A stretch of DNA of 64,000 bases from Pirellulales bacterium (GCA_963733035.1 CAVTBU010000007.1:352001-416000), one strand, 5' to 3'; positions 1 to 12,318 are shown, counted from the first letter of the stretch. Numbers and translations: made by a program. The notes: a model not told the origin generated them from the sequence alone.

Positions 1-2
1 TC

Positions 3-1715
3 GAGGACCTCGACGCCGAGGCGCGCTACCAGCAACTCAAGCACTGGGTGTTGCCTGACAGTTTCCATGCAAGCTACCGCGTGCGGTCCGGCATGACCGA
101 CGACGGCACACGAGTGCAACCGGCGCTCGCACTGGCGAAACTGGCCAAAGAGCTCGACAAGTTGGACGATCTGGCAAACGCCGTGGCGGAGGCCGCCAAG
201 AGCGTGCCCGACGACGAATCGAGTATTGCGGCGCTCGAAGCGCTAGTGGCGATTGCCCGTCAGGACGCCGAGACAGCTCGGGCGCGGTTGAGCACACTGG
301 GGCATGGACTTTCGCAACACGTTCAGTCCGCAGGTGGCGAGTGGCCGCATGCCGAGCTCCTGGCCGCCGAGGCAGCCATAGCCGATCCTCCCCTGCGCGA
401 CGAGGCAGTCGCGCTGGCCGACAAGATGGCTGGCATGGCCAACAACCAGCAGCTCAAACGCACCGACTGGCAGCGCGTGGCCGGTTGGCTCGCCGATCGA
501 AGACAATACGGCGGCCCAGGCGACCAGTCGGCCTCCGCCCATTGGCCGCTGACCCAGTGGCACCCGGTCGAACACGCGACGGCCGCGGCGCGCGTGCTCG
601 GACACCCATCGAGCGCCTGGCACGTCGCCGACGATCAGCTTCCCTACTTCGCCAGCGGTGAGCGATCCGCACTCTATTTTGCCGTGCCGCTGGCAGGCGA
701 TTTCGAAGTGCGCTTTGAGCAACCCAAGTCGCGCCAGCGCGGACTGGCGATTCAGTATGCCGGCCGTTCGTTCAACCTGAGTGGCGACGGGCGGCTGTTG
801 GTTCGCCAGCAAATCGGCCTGGAAGCGACTTCCAATAAACTCACGGCGAAGCTTCCCAAGGAACCCGATTGGAACGTCTATCGGCTCGTTGTGCGCGGAG
901 ACAAATTCACGGCGCTGATCAACGACGTCGAAGTCGCAAGTGAAACGGTCTCTGCCCAGCGCGATCCCTGGCTCGCCCTTGTGACCTCGGAATTCAACCG
1001 CTTGGGGGCGATTCGCCGCGTGCAGGTGATCGGCCAACCCAGCATTCCAGAGGAAGTCGCCTGGACCGGGTCGCAGTCACTGGCCGGTTGGCACGCCGAC
1101 TTTTATCGCGAGGCATTCAACCCCGACGGACCGCGCGGGCAAAACGACGCGGCCAGCCAGGTATGTTGGACGAAGAACGGCGACGAGATCCTGGGGACGT
1201 TCATGTCCGGATCCGCCGGCACATTTCGCGAGAGCCTGCTCCAGTATCACCGCCCGCTCCTGGAAGACGGCGTCGTGGAGTACGAGTTCTACTGGGACCC
1301 CGAAGCATCCCAGTGCCATCCGGCGATCGACCGCCAGGCCTTTCTGCTCTTGCCCGCGGGAGTGCAGACGCACCAGCTCACCGATGGCCCGCTCGACCGC
1401 TCGGGCTCCTCGGCCGACAACCACACGCCCCTCGAAGGCAGCAGCCCCGTGCCGCTCAAGGCCAACGATTGGAACCGGGCAACAATCCAGTTAGCCGGCA
1501 ACACCTTGACCATCACGGTCAACGACCAACAGGTTGCGCAGATCGAGCTCAAGCCAGACATCGAACGCACGTTCGGGTTGTTTCACTATCGTGACGTTTC
1601 GACCGCTCGGGTGCGGAACGTCGTGCACCGTGGCAGTTGGCCCCGGCAATTGCCTCCTGTCGAGCAACAAGAACTCGCCACCCAGCCCTCCACTGCCGAA
1701 GCTCGGGCGAACTAA
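3..1715 (+). CDS. C-terminal part of a large planctomycete protein with DUF1583/DUF1581-like beta domains (5' truncated by window edge)
   Basis: Frame open from position 3; motif RESLLQYHRPLLEDGVVEYEFYW...HPAIDRQAFLL recalled from DUF1583-type proteins. Confidence 0.6.
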   Translation, partial: EDLDAEARYQQLKHWVLPDSFHASYRVRSGMTDDGTRVQPALALAKLAKELDKLDDLANAVAEAAKSVPDDESSIAALEALVAIARQDAETARARLSTLGHGLSQHVQSAGGEWPHAELLAAEAAIADPPLRDEAVALADKMAGMANNQQLKRTDWQRVAGWLADRRQYGGPGDQSASAHWPLTQWHPVEHATAAARVLGHPSSAWHVADDQLPYFASGERSALYFAVPLAGDFEVRFEQPKSRQRGLAIQYAGRSFNLSGDGRLLVRQQIGLEATSNKLTAKLPKEPDWNVYRLVVRGDKFTALINDVEVASETVSAQRDPWLALVTSEFNRLGAIRRVQVIGQPSIPEEVAWTGSQSLAGWHADFYREAFNPDGPRGQNDAASQVCWTKNGDEILGTFMSGSAGTFRESLLQYHRPLLEDGVVEYEFYWDPEASQCHPAIDRQAFLLLPAGVQTHQLTDGPLDRSGSSADNHTPLEGSSPVPLKANDWNRATIQLAGNTLTITVNDQQVAQIELKPDIERTFGLFHYRDVSTARVRNVVHRGSWPRQLPPVEQQELATQPSTAEARAN

Positions 1716-1826
1716 GTCCGTGTGCATGTTTCCGAGTCTTCAGATTCCGTTAGCCACGTAGCTGCCGCCCGCGTCGCGTGGTAGTCTGCTCACCAGTGAT
1801 TTGACTCGCAACAAGATGGAACCCAA

Positions 1827-2612
1827 GTGATGGTATCTTTGCTGCTTTCTTTCGTACTGGCCATGCAAGTCGTGTCGCAAGACAACGCGCCGCTTCGACT
1901 GTGCGCTCATCGTGGCGGCGTGGTCGACGCGCAACATATCGAGAACAACTTGCCCGGCATCGACGAGGCAGTGCGCCGGGGCTACTGGATGCTTGAAGTC
2001 GATATTCGCGAGAGCAAGGACGGACACCTCGTCGTGCAACACGATGCCGACTTCAGGCGGTTTTACGGCGACCGACGCCGCGTAGCCGACATGACTTGGG
2101 ACGAGATCAAGCAGCTGCGCAGCATACCGGGCAACTTGCGGCCGCTCGAGTTTGCCGAGTATGCCGCAGCCTGCCGCGGCAAGATTCGGTTGATGCTCGA
2201 CACCAAGGAACCCGAGCACAGCCAGGCGTTCTTCGACTCGATGATCAAATCGCTCGAAGAAAACGACCTGTTGGACTCAACCTACGTCATCGGCACCGAC
2301 CAGGCCCGACAGGTGTTTCTCGATCGGGCCAAGGTCGGAATCAATCCCAAGAACTTAGTCGACCACATTTCCGGCGGCGAGGACGTGGGTCGCCGCTACT
2401 TTCTATTCGGACACGCTTCCGACTACGACCAGGAGGTGTTGGAACTGGCCAAGAGCCGAGCGGTGGACGTCATGCCCTCGATCAACACGTTCCATTACCC
2501 CGGCACGAGAAACCTCGAACGTGCGGCCGCCGACATCGATCGGCTCAAAAAGCTGGGCGTAAGGGGTTTCCAAATCGACTCGGTCTACGAGAAGTTTTGC
2601 CGCCAGCCCTAA
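1827..2612 (+). CDS. Glycerophosphodiester phosphodiesterase family protein, secreted
   Basis: Signal peptide; CAHRGG, ENNL, LEVDIRESKDGHLVVQHD motifs. Confidence 0.85.
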   Translation: MMVSLLLSFVLAMQVVSQDNAPLRLCAHRGGVVDAQHIENNLPGIDEAVRRGYWMLEVDIRESKDGHLVVQHDADFRRFYGDRRRVADMTWDEIKQLRSIPGNLRPLEFAEYAAACRGKIRLMLDTKEPEHSQAFFDSMIKSLEENDLLDSTYVIGTDQARQVFLDRAKVGINPKNLVDHISGGEDVGRRYFLFGHASDYDQEVLELAKSRAVDVMPSINTFHYPGTRNLERAAADIDRLKKLGVRGFQIDSVYEKFCRQP

Positions 2613-2633
2613 CGCGGGGCGCCAGCGACGCCG

Positions 2634-4064
2634 CTACTTGCCCGCTTGCTTGGCCCGCGCATCGGACACGCGGTCGGAGAGCGCGCCGAGCAACTCGCCG
2701 GCGGTTTCCGGTCCCACGCTGTTGCGTTCGCCGTATTGGGCGCTATCGCGGCGATACGCGTACGGTGGCTTCACGTCCCACTGACGTTTCGGCACGATGT
2801 AGCCCACCTCGTCGTTGGCCAATCCCAGCACCAGTATTTTGTCTGACGGCAGGATACCGGCCACCGACGGCTCAAGCGGCGCATCGAAAAAGTCGGCTCC
2901 CGGGTCGGCAGGATCCTGATACTTTCCATACACGCACTCCGGATACAGTTCGCCGGGAATTGCCGCCACGTCCAGCTCTCCCAGCCGCAGATAGGCGACC
3001 TCGGTTTCCAGCGCCAGCCGTTTTGCCCCGCCCGGCCTGGTTTCGGAACCCGGATGATTTCGATCGCCGTTCCATTTGTAAACCGGACGGTTGAGCACGC
3101 CGATGGCCAGCGCCTGGACGAAGCCTTCGTTGTCCAACGGCAGCATCACCGGTCGGGCGTACACCTGCAGCGGTTCGAGCTTGATAGGCTGGGCTTTGCT
3201 CAATGCCTGGTCTGCCAGATCGGCCGTCGCTTCGCCCACGGCGTCGATAAATCCAAACGTGTCGCTGGCAAGTTTACCGGCCTTGGCATCTTCGACCAGT
3301 TTCTTTGGCGTTCCCATCAGCCCGCCGATTGCACCCTGAAAATAAACGACCGGGCAACCATGTCGTTTTTCCAAAGCGTCGACCATCGAGCCCATGAAGT
3401 CGCGCGTGACCAGCGGATTCTTGCTCGGCTCGACGCCGTGCGCGTTCCACTGCACGAGGATCCCGCAGGGGGCCTGTTTGCCGACGCAGTCGAAGCGAAT
3501 GGCCCGCAACACGCCGTCGTAAACCTCCGGCAGACGAAAATCGCCCAGCAGCGACTCGTCTTCGGCTGTTCCATAGAATGCACTACCGGGTGCGCTCTGG
3601 GAATCGGCCTGGCGGACGGCGCCGACAATGCCGCCGATCAGCAGTTCGACGTATTTCGGTACAACGCCCGACTTGTCGGGGGCGGGGCCCCAAATTCCAA
3701 CCACGTCGGGCGTGGCATGCGAGTGCGTGCTGGCCACCAGCACGTAGTCGAAGTCCGGCAGTTTCTTGCGAACTGCCTGCACGATCGGGTAGGGGATGCC
3801 GATCGAATCGGCCGACACCAGCGCGAACTTGCTTTTGCCGTCGCGCAACACGATCGCCCGCGCGTAGAGCTTGTCATGCACGCCCGTCGCCGCCCGATTC
3901 TGCTCCAGCCCGGCCAGCCAAATTGGCTCCCCTTCCACAATCGGCGGCGAAATGTCCTTCCAAGCAAAACCAACGTCGAGTGCAATCGCCTCGGCCCCGG
4001 CGAACAGAGCCAGGCAGACGGCAAACAATTGAACGGGCCGCGGAAAGAACGTGTTGTGAATCAT
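2634..4064 (-). CDS. Neutral/alkaline ceramidase-like secreted hydrolase
   Basis: Signal peptide; GVHDKLYARAIVL, ASTHSHATPD, IPGELYPE, GLANDEVGYI motifs. Confidence 0.7.
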   Translation of the reverse strand: MIHNTFFPRPVQLFAVCLALFAGAEAIALDVGFAWKDISPPIVEGEPIWLAGLEQNRAATGVHDKLYARAIVLRDGKSKFALVSADSIGIPYPIVQAVRKKLPDFDYVLVASTHSHATPDVVGIWGPAPDKSGVVPKYVELLIGGIVGAVRQADSQSAPGSAFYGTAEDESLLGDFRLPEVYDGVLRAIRFDCVGKQAPCGILVQWNAHGVEPSKNPLVTRDFMGSMVDALEKRHGCPVVYFQGAIGGLMGTPKKLVEDAKAGKLASDTFGFIDAVGEATADLADQALSKAQPIKLEPLQVYARPVMLPLDNEGFVQALAIGVLNRPVYKWNGDRNHPGSETRPGGAKRLALETEVAYLRLGELDVAAIPGELYPECVYGKYQDPADPGADFFDAPLEPSVAGILPSDKILVLGLANDEVGYIVPKRQWDVKPPYAYRRDSAQYGERNSVGPETAGELLGALSDRVSDARAKQAGK

Positions 4065-4189
4065 GGGAGGCGTTGCGTACTGAATGGTGGAACGGTACTA
4101 AAGCTGCGCCGGGACAACAGGATTCGCCGCCGCCGCCCGGCGTGCCTCCCGCGTCCGAGCAGGGGGAGCTGGAACGTCGAGTGAGACGA

Positions 4190-5110
4190 CTATTTTTTCT
4201 TATTCTTCAGGTGCTTGTCGAAAAACTCGATGGTTTCGTCCAGCGTTTGATGCATCAGGGGGCCGCTCCAGGTGTGTCCGGCACCGAGCAGGAGTTCGAC
4301 TCGGCCTTCGACGCCGGCGTTGGTGAGCGCCTCGGTGATCTCGTAGGCCTGATCGGTCGACACTAGCGGATCCTTGGTGCCATAGAAGCAAAGCGTGGGA
4401 GCGTCGCCTTTGCTGACATAGGTGAGCGGCGAACCCTTTTTCAATTCTTCTTGCTTTTCCTTGGGATCTGCGCCAACCCAGGCTGTCAGGATCGAGGTTT
4501 GCACCGGCGTGTAGCTGTCGCGCACCAGGTTCACCGGCCCGACGAAGTTCACCACGGCCTGCACTTTACTCGACTGGTCGGCGTTGCCGCCGTCACCTTC
4601 CATGCCGTCTGCCGAATCGAGCAGACCGAGCATCAGCGAGAGATGTCCTCCCGCGGAGATGCCCGTGGCGCCGATGCGATTGGGATCGATGTGGAGGTCC
4701 TTGGCATTCGCGCGCAGGTAACGCACAGCCGCCTTGGCGTCTTCGATCTGTGCCGGGAATTGATGCTTTGGCGCGAAGCGATAACTAATCGTGGCCGCCA
4801 CGTAGCCATGTTCGGCCAACAGCTTGGCAATCGATGCCATGTCCTGCCGTTTGCCGGCCATCCAACCGCCGCCATGAATCACGACGATGGCCGGTACCGG
4901 ATGGTCGAGTCCCTTGGGCGTGGCCAGGTCGAGCTGCAGCGGTTCGCCGTCGACGACCGCATACGTGACGTCGGGCTGGTAATCGATATCACTCTTGCCT
5001 TCGTCGCCGTCTTCCGCGCGAGCCTGAGCCATTGCGAACACAAGAACTGCTGCTAGCCCAACCGCTCCGTGCCATAAATGCCGCCGGGTACCCATGATGA
5101 CTGCTCCCAC
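4190..5110 (-). CDS. Alpha/beta hydrolase (HSL/BD-FAE-like esterase), secreted; start may be slightly downstream
   Basis: IHGGGW oxyanion motif, GISAGG nucleophile, D-PLV and GAGH catalytic residues. Confidence 0.85.
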   Translation of the reverse strand: MGAVIMGTRRHLWHGAVGLAAVLVFAMAQARAEDGDEGKSDIDYQPDVTYAVVDGEPLQLDLATPKGLDHPVPAIVVIHGGGWMAGKRQDMASIAKLLAEHGYVAATISYRFAPKHQFPAQIEDAKAAVRYLRANAKDLHIDPNRIGATGISAGGHLSLMLGLLDSADGMEGDGGNADQSSKVQAVVNFVGPVNLVRDSYTPVQTSILTAWVGADPKEKQEELKKGSPLTYVSKGDAPTLCFYGTKDPLVSTDQAYEITEALTNAGVEGRVELLLGAGHTWSGPLMHQTLDETIEFFDKHLKNKKK

Positions 5111-5174
5111 AAACGAGTAATGACGAGACTCGACCCCGGCCGCCTATTGTACCGCCGGCTGCCTCCCAAATCGA

Positions 5175-7121
5175 TCATTCGGAAACGTTTTCCGTTGCCA
5201 GAATCGACTTGCTCGACGAAAAGAATCGGCCCGTGCGGAAGGATCTTTTCAGCCGAGCCCGCACATTGCCGAAACCGGCGATGGCTTCAATGTAATGACG
5301 GCCACGATGCGAATGGCCGGCCCGCACGGCCCGGGCGCCGTGCTGTTCGAAGATTTGCAGGTTGACGGCACTTTGGATCAAGGCCAGGTGGGTCAGCCCC
5401 TGGGGGAAGTTGCCCAACAGTTCACCGCTCGTCGGATTGATTTCCTCGGAAAGGAGCCCCACGTCGTTGGCTAGTTCGAGCAGGCGTTCGTACAGAGCCC
5501 GCGCTTCACCGGCGCGGTCGATGGCCAACAAGGCGTCGACCAGCCAGAAGCTGCAGACCAAAAATGCCCCTTCATCCCCATCCAATCCGTCGTCTTCGTC
5601 GTAGCGGAGGACATATTCTCCCCGCTGTAAGTGCCGCTGCACGGCTTCGACCGTGGCCGAAAGAATCTTGTCGGAGAGCGGAAACCCGCGCAGCGGAGCC
5701 AGCAGCAAGGCGGCATTCATCGAGTTGGATCCGAACGTGCCGACCAGGTGCGTGCCGGTCGAATCGAGCCCTTCGGTGATCACGCGATGATGAATCTGCT
5801 GCTGCAGGTCGCGGCGCTTCTGGGTTGTGCCGTTCAGGCGGTTCAGACAGTCGAGCCCGACCCAGCACATGATTTTGCCGAACGTGTGATCTTTCGGCTC
5901 GCCGCGCATTTCCCACAGCCCATGATCGCCATCGTGCCAGTGTTCTTCGATCAGTTTCTCCAGCGCGGCAAACAGTTGTTGGGCGTGGCGGCGAAAGCTC
6001 CCCTGCGACGACACATGCAGGTCGGCCCAGTCCAGAATCTCCCCGTAAACGTCAAGTTGCCGCTGCGTGTAAGCCCCGTTGCCAATGCGCACCGGCTGGC
6101 TGCCCCGATATCCCGCGAGGTGTTCCAGATCGCGTTCGACGAGTTGCGTTTCGTATTCGATGCCGTACATGATCTGCACGTTGGGCAGCGTGGCATGGCA
6201 GGCCTCGTCCAGGTAGTCGGCAAAACGACTTCCTTCGCCGTCATACCCCAACGAACCCAGCGCGAACAACATAAAGGAAGCATCGCGCGGCCAGCAGAAA
6301 CGATAGTCCCAATTGCGCTGGCCTCCAATCCATTCCGGCAGCGACGTGGTCGGCGCCGCGGCGATGGCACCGGTGGGAGCATAGGTTAACAATTTGAGCG
6401 CTAGCGCGCTGCGCAACACGGCCTCGCAATAGGGCCCGTCGTAGCGGCAATACTGCGACCATTCGGTCCAAAATGCACGCGTGACGTCCAGATAGTTGGC
6501 CACGGTGGCCGACAAGTCGCACGGTCCGCGGAACTTGCAGCTCAGCATGACCTCGATGCTCTGGCCCGGCCGCAGCACGCAGCGGGCAGTTGCGCCGTGC
6601 TCGCTGAGTTGAAACTCGGCATTGCTATAGAGCGATACCCGTTCGGACCGGAGGCAGTGGTCGTCGCGCCAAAGTTGGGCAGGGTGCCGTGCGTAATCCT
6701 CGCTGGGGCTAAAACGGATTCCGAATTCAGCCGGCCCCTGTTCGCACTCGATGATGCGAACCAGCGCATGCGCCGCATTCAGGCAGACGTAGTCGTGCAC
6801 CTTCGAGCCGGGTTTACGGCCGACAGGCATGAAGTCCGTTACACGGAGCCGCGCCGCTCCAAATTCCAAGCATGTTTCCAGAATGTTCGTTGCCGGTAGG
6901 TACCGACGCGAAGTGTCCACGTCGGAGGGCAGATCGAACGACAGCGAGCCACCCCGTTCCGTGTCCAGCAGCCGACAAAACACCGGATCGGCGTCAAAGC
7001 GCGTCAGGCTGCACCAGTCGACGTTCCCGTGGCGCGAGACCAATGCTGATCCGTGACAGTCGCCGATCAAAGCGTAGTCGCCGATCGGCGGTTGGCTGGT
7101 TGTCGGCGGATGCTCGGTCAA
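5175..7121 (-). CDS. Glycoside hydrolase family 15 (trehalase/glucoamylase-like)
   Basis: IGDYALIGD, APTTSLPE...RNWDYRFCWPRD, QLDVYGE, LLSEE...GNFPQGLTH. Confidence 0.9.
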   Translation of the reverse strand: MTEHPPTTSQPPIGDYALIGDCHGSALVSRHGNVDWCSLTRFDADPVFCRLLDTERGGSLSFDLPSDVDTSRRYLPATNILETCLEFGAARLRVTDFMPVGRKPGSKVHDYVCLNAAHALVRIIECEQGPAEFGIRFSPSEDYARHPAQLWRDDHCLRSERVSLYSNAEFQLSEHGATARCVLRPGQSIEVMLSCKFRGPCDLSATVANYLDVTRAFWTEWSQYCRYDGPYCEAVLRSALALKLLTYAPTGAIAAAPTTSLPEWIGGQRNWDYRFCWPRDASFMLFALGSLGYDGEGSRFADYLDEACHATLPNVQIMYGIEYETQLVERDLEHLAGYRGSQPVRIGNGAYTQRQLDVYGEILDWADLHVSSQGSFRRHAQQLFAALEKLIEEHWHDGDHGLWEMRGEPKDHTFGKIMCWVGLDCLNRLNGTTQKRRDLQQQIHHRVITEGLDSTGTHLVGTFGSNSMNAALLLAPLRGFPLSDKILSATVEAVQRHLQRGEYVLRYDEDDGLDGDEGAFLVCSFWLVDALLAIDRAGEARALYERLLELANDVGLLSEEINPTSGELLGNFPQGLTHLALIQSAVNLQIFEQHGARAVRAGHSHRGRHYIEAIAGFGNVRARLKRSFRTGRFFSSSKSILATENVSE

Positions 7122-7295
7122 GGGAATGCCTGCGCTGCGAGAATACCGGGCCGCGGGTCGACATTATATACACATTCAGGCTGCCCTGGTCAGCGCGGGT
7201 ATTTGGGATACGGTTCGCGCCCGCGTCCCGGTAAAATTGGCGCTCGCGATCAATGTCTCGACGGGAGCCACTCAGCCTCCAATGCGCAGCTAAAA

Positions 7296-7773
7296 ATGGA
7301 CGGATTTCTCGGTACCCGAGCTTCCTTGATGCTCGACGTCGTGGCCCTCGCCATGATTGCCATCGTGCCCGTGTTGGCTTTCAGCATCTACCAGGTAATC
7401 GTTCGCCGGAATTATGCGCTGCACAAGAAGCTGCAACTGGCTCTGGGCATCGTGCTGCTGGTGGCAGTGACGATCTTTGAAGTCGACGTCCGCATGCACG
7501 GCTGGCGACACCGCGCCGAAGCCTCGCCATATTCCGGTCACGACGGCGCGACGAATTGGGTGATGATCTCGCTGGCGATTCACTTGTTCTTCGCGGTCAC
7601 CGCGGCCGTGCTGTGGATTCTGGTGATCGTTCGCGCTGCGCAACTTTCCGCGCCCGCCCGAGCCGGGCCCGCATAGCGCATGGCACCGCCGCTTTGCCAT
7701 GCTGGCCGCCATCGACATGGCCTGCACCGCCGTCACGGGCTGGGTTTTTTACTGGCTCGCATTCGTGGCCTAG
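7296..7773 (+). CDS. DUF420 family membrane protein (apparent 2-nt frameshift near 7635, probably a sequence error)
   Basis: MDGFLGTRASLMLD...HKKLQ...FEVDVR; C-terminus LRNFPRPPEPGPHSAWHRRFAMLAAIDMACTAVTGWVFYWLAFVA* lies in another frame. Confidence 0.75.
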
Positions 7774-7880
7774 GACGCGTACCGATCAGCGAGTCTTGTG
7801 CCTCCAAAGGAAAGAGCCCAGGGATCCCAATCCCCGGGCTCTCTTTCACAGGGCAGATTTGGTTCGCAGGGTGCACGTGC

Positions 7881-9431
<1,551 letters not shown>

Positions 9432-9673
9432 GGTTTTTGTTTGCCTTACGGAAGAATGCTGGGGAGATGGACCGACACGGCGATACGGTTCAAGGCCGAC
9501 CCGAAGTCGGCCCGGGCAACAACAACCGTGCCCTGCCAAGCAGCGCCGAACGGGCCGCATGCCGCTGGGCGAATGCCAGTCGGTTCACCATCGGCCCTGA
9601 ATGCTCCCCGCGACACATGGCTCGCTCCCGATTCGCTGGTCACTGCGATAGCAGCTTACCGCAGTGGACCAAC

Positions 9674-9706
9674 AAAAAAACCCCAAGGCCGTTTTGCCCT
9701 GGGGTT
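9674..9706 (-). terminator. Attenuator terminator hairpin upstream of leuA
   Basis: Minus strand AACCCCAGGGC-AAAACG-GCCTTGGGGTT followed by a T run. Confidence 0.85.
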
Positions 9707-9747
9707 CGTCTACTTTCGTCGTCTCGCCTGTATACGAACCCCGTCTG

Positions 9748-9804
9748 CTAGCGCGGCAGCGCCAAAAGCAACAACGGCAATAGGTTCGTAAGCGGCGTGT
9801 TCAT
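9748..9804 (-). CDS. Leu-rich leader peptide MNTPLTNLLPLLLLALPR
   Basis: 18 codons, 8 Leu (CTT, CTA, TTG, TTG, TTG, CTT, TTG, CTG), directly before the attenuator hairpins and leuA. Confidence 0.85.
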   Translation of the reverse strand: MNTPLTNLLPLLLLALPR

Positions 9805-10114
9805 CGTTTCAATTCTCAACTTGAACGTGACAGCATTACACTGCCACCACGTGCAAGCCAACTCTAACTTATGCCAGAGACCCGGTCAAGACAAAAGGTT
9901 CGGTCGACAAATGCGGCGATTTGACGGCCAAGCCAGGGCGATGAAGAAGGCCGAAACCCTGTCGCCGTTGAGCCCATGCCGGCATTGGCGGACTCGCCCG
10001 GTGCTGTCTTGAGCCGGGGGGAGCTTTCGCGTACTATTCCGCACCCCAAACTCCGGCCCCGGCGGGTCGGTAGGCAGTCCCATGCAAAAACTGGCTACGG
10101 CGGTCGACCGAAGC

Positions 10115-10603
10115 ATGATCGATTACGAGGTCCAACGCTGCACGCGACATTGCGCGACGACGGGGCGCGAACTGCAGCCCGGCGAGGAGTTCTATTCCAC
10201 GCTCGTGGCCGAGGGTGCCCACGTGGTGCGATACGACTACTCGCCCGAGGCCTGGCATGGACCGCCGGTCGGCACGCTTGGCTGGTGGAAGTCGCACATG
10301 CCCGAGCGACACGCCAAGAAGCTGCAATGGGCGCCCAACGACGTGATGCTTGAGCTGTTGGAGAGCCTGGAGGGACAGCCCGAAAAAAAAGACATGCGCT
10401 ATGTGCTGGCCCTGCTGCTGGTGCGCCGCCGCGTCGTGCGCCTGGAAGAAACGGAACAGCAGGCCGACGGCGCCGAAGTGTCCGTGCTGTATTGTCCGCG
10501 GCGCGAGACGACTTACCGCGTGGAAACGACGATGCCCAGCGAAGAGCGCATCGCCGAGATTCAGCAGGAACTGGCCCAACTCCTCTTTGCCGACGCCGGA
10601 TAA
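10115..10603 (+). CDS. Conserved hypothetical protein (planctomycete-type, Cys-containing)
   Basis: Clean ORF with host codon usage, MIDYEVQRCTRHCATTGRELQPGE. Confidence 0.7.
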   Translation: MIDYEVQRCTRHCATTGRELQPGEEFYSTLVAEGAHVVRYDYSPEAWHGPPVGTLGWWKSHMPERHAKKLQWAPNDVMLELLESLEGQPEKKDMRYVLALLLVRRRVVRLEETEQQADGAEVSVLYCPRRETTYRVETTMPSEERIAEIQQELAQLLFADAG

Positions 10604-10607
10604 ACGG

Positions 10608-11528
10608 ATGCCTCAGGAAGACACATCGCCGCCAATCCCGCGCAGCCGCAGCTGGCTGCTCGCCGTTGTGCTGCTGTGGATTTCGACAACTGGCGCCAGT
10701 TGCCCGCATATCGTTCAGCAGTACACGACGCCGATACCCAAAGCGCTGGCTCCCACGGCCACGCTCAACCAGGTCGTCGATATCGTCAACGACAACAGCG
10801 CCCGCGTGCAATCGCTTTCCAGCAGCCGGGCCACGATTTCCACACCAGGCTTCCCGGCGCTAAATGCTCAGATCGTGCTCCAGCGTCCGCGCTCGCTGCG
10901 TATCACCGGTGAGAAATTCGGCCCGCAGCTCGACGTTGGATCCAACGACGAACTGTTGTGGATTTGGCTCGCGCAATCGCAGCCGCCGGCGCTGTTCTAC
11001 TGCCGCCACGACCAATATGCCACCAGCGCCGCGCGGCAGATCATGCCCGTGGAGCCCGAGTGGCTGATCGACGCCTTCGGGCTGATGACGTTTGATCGCA
11101 CGGCGCAACTTGAAGGGCCGGCGCCCATCGGGAACGGTCGGGTGGAAATTCGCAGCCGCCAGGGATTGCCAGGGCACGAGACGTCGCGAATCACGGTGAT
11201 CGACGATCGCGGCGTGATCGTCGCCCAGCATGTTTACGACGCGCGCGGCATGCTGCTCGCTTCGGCCGCGCTCAGCAAACACGTCGCCGATCCGGCCACG
11301 GGCGCGAAGCTGCCGCGGCACATCGACATTCAATGGCCGCCCGCCAAGCTGGAGCTGAGCGTGGAGATGTCCGACGTCGTCGTCAATCAACTCCCCGCCG
11401 ATCCGCGCGAGCTATTCGCCAAGCCGAGCTACAGCGGCTACAACGAAATCGACCTGGCCCAGCCCGGCTTGCAACTGACGCCGACCGCAGCCGGCCAATA
11501 TCAGAATCCACCCACCACCAGATACTAG
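10608..11528 (+). CDS. Hypothetical exported/lipoprotein, possible LolA/LolB-like fold
   Basis: Starts 4 nt after previous stop; hydrophobic N-region ending GASC; GSNDELLWIW motif. Confidence 0.65.
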   Translation: MPQEDTSPPIPRSRSWLLAVVLLWISTTGASCPHIVQQYTTPIPKALAPTATLNQVVDIVNDNSARVQSLSSSRATISTPGFPALNAQIVLQRPRSLRITGEKFGPQLDVGSNDELLWIWLAQSQPPALFYCRHDQYATSAARQIMPVEPEWLIDAFGLMTFDRTAQLEGPAPIGNGRVEIRSRQGLPGHETSRITVIDDRGVIVAQHVYDARGMLLASAALSKHVADPATGAKLPRHIDIQWPPAKLELSVEMSDVVVNQLPADPRELFAKPSYSGYNEIDLAQPGLQLTPTAAGQYQNPPTTRY

Positions 11529-11556
11529 CGAACGGTTCGCGGGGCAGGGCGGGGGG

Positions 11557-12318
11557 CTACTTCCCAACGAGCATGCCGCCGTCGCAGACCAGGATCTGGC
11601 CGGTCACCAGCGGCGAGCCGTTTACCAGGCTCATCACGGCCGCGGCAATGTCATCGGGTTCCGAGACCTTCTCGAGTGGACACTGCGCGGCCACGGTCGA
11701 CTTGGCCTTGTCGTAATTCTCTTTGAAGCCCTGCTTCAGCCAGCGGCCGGCGATGAAACCCGGTGCCACGGCGTTGACGCGGATCGTCGGAGCGAGCGCG
11801 CGAGCCAAACTGAGCGTCAGATTGTTCAAAGCCGCCTTCGATGCCGCGTAGGCGATCGAACTCCCTTTGCCTGTGAAGGCCGCCACGCTCGAGATGTTGA
11901 GGATTTGACCGCCGCCGCCGGCCAGCATCGGCTGCTTGACCGCTCGAGCGCACTGAAACGGCCCAATGACATTGACGGCGTAAATGCGCTGCCAGTCGGC
12001 CGCCGACAGGCCGTCGAGGTCGCTGGCCATGACAAACTTTGTGGTCCCCGCGTTGTTGAGCAGCAAGTCCACGCGGCCAAACGCCTTGACCGCCGTTTCC
12101 ACCGTTTTGCGGCAGGCCTCGTCCTCGGCAACGTCGGCCGCCAGCGCAATGGCTTTGACGCCCGCCGCTTCCAGCTCACCGGCCGTTTGTTCGGCTTCGT
12201 CGCGCGACTTGGAGTAAGTAATCAGAACCGAGCAACCTTGCTGCGCCAGCCGCAGCGCCGTGGCACGGCCAACCCCCGTGCCGCCGCCGGTGATGATGGC
12301 AGCTTGAACAGATGACAT
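11557..12318 (-). CDS. SDR family oxidoreductase
   Basis: TGGGTGVG, NNAG, YAASK, VNAVAPG. Confidence 0.92.
   Translation of the reverse strand: MSSVQAAIITGGGTGVGRATALRLAQQGCSVLITYSKSRDEAEQTAGELEAAGVKAIALAADVAEDEACRKTVETAVKAFGRVDLLLNNAGTTKFVMASDLDGLSAADWQRIYAVNVIGPFQCARAVKQPMLAGGGGQILNISSVAAFTGKGSSIAYAASKAALNNLTLSLARALAPTIRVNAVAPGFIAGRWLKQGFKENYDKAKSTVAAQCPLEKVSEPDDIAAAVMSLVNGSPLVTGQILVCDGGMLVGK

Larger units (their letters stand above)
9674..9804 (-). promoter_or_regulatory. Leucine transcription attenuator (leader peptide, antiterminator, terminator)
   Basis: GGGGTTCGT (9742-9734) can pair with ACGAACCCC (9709-9701), which overlaps the 5' arm of the terminator. Confidence 0.85.
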
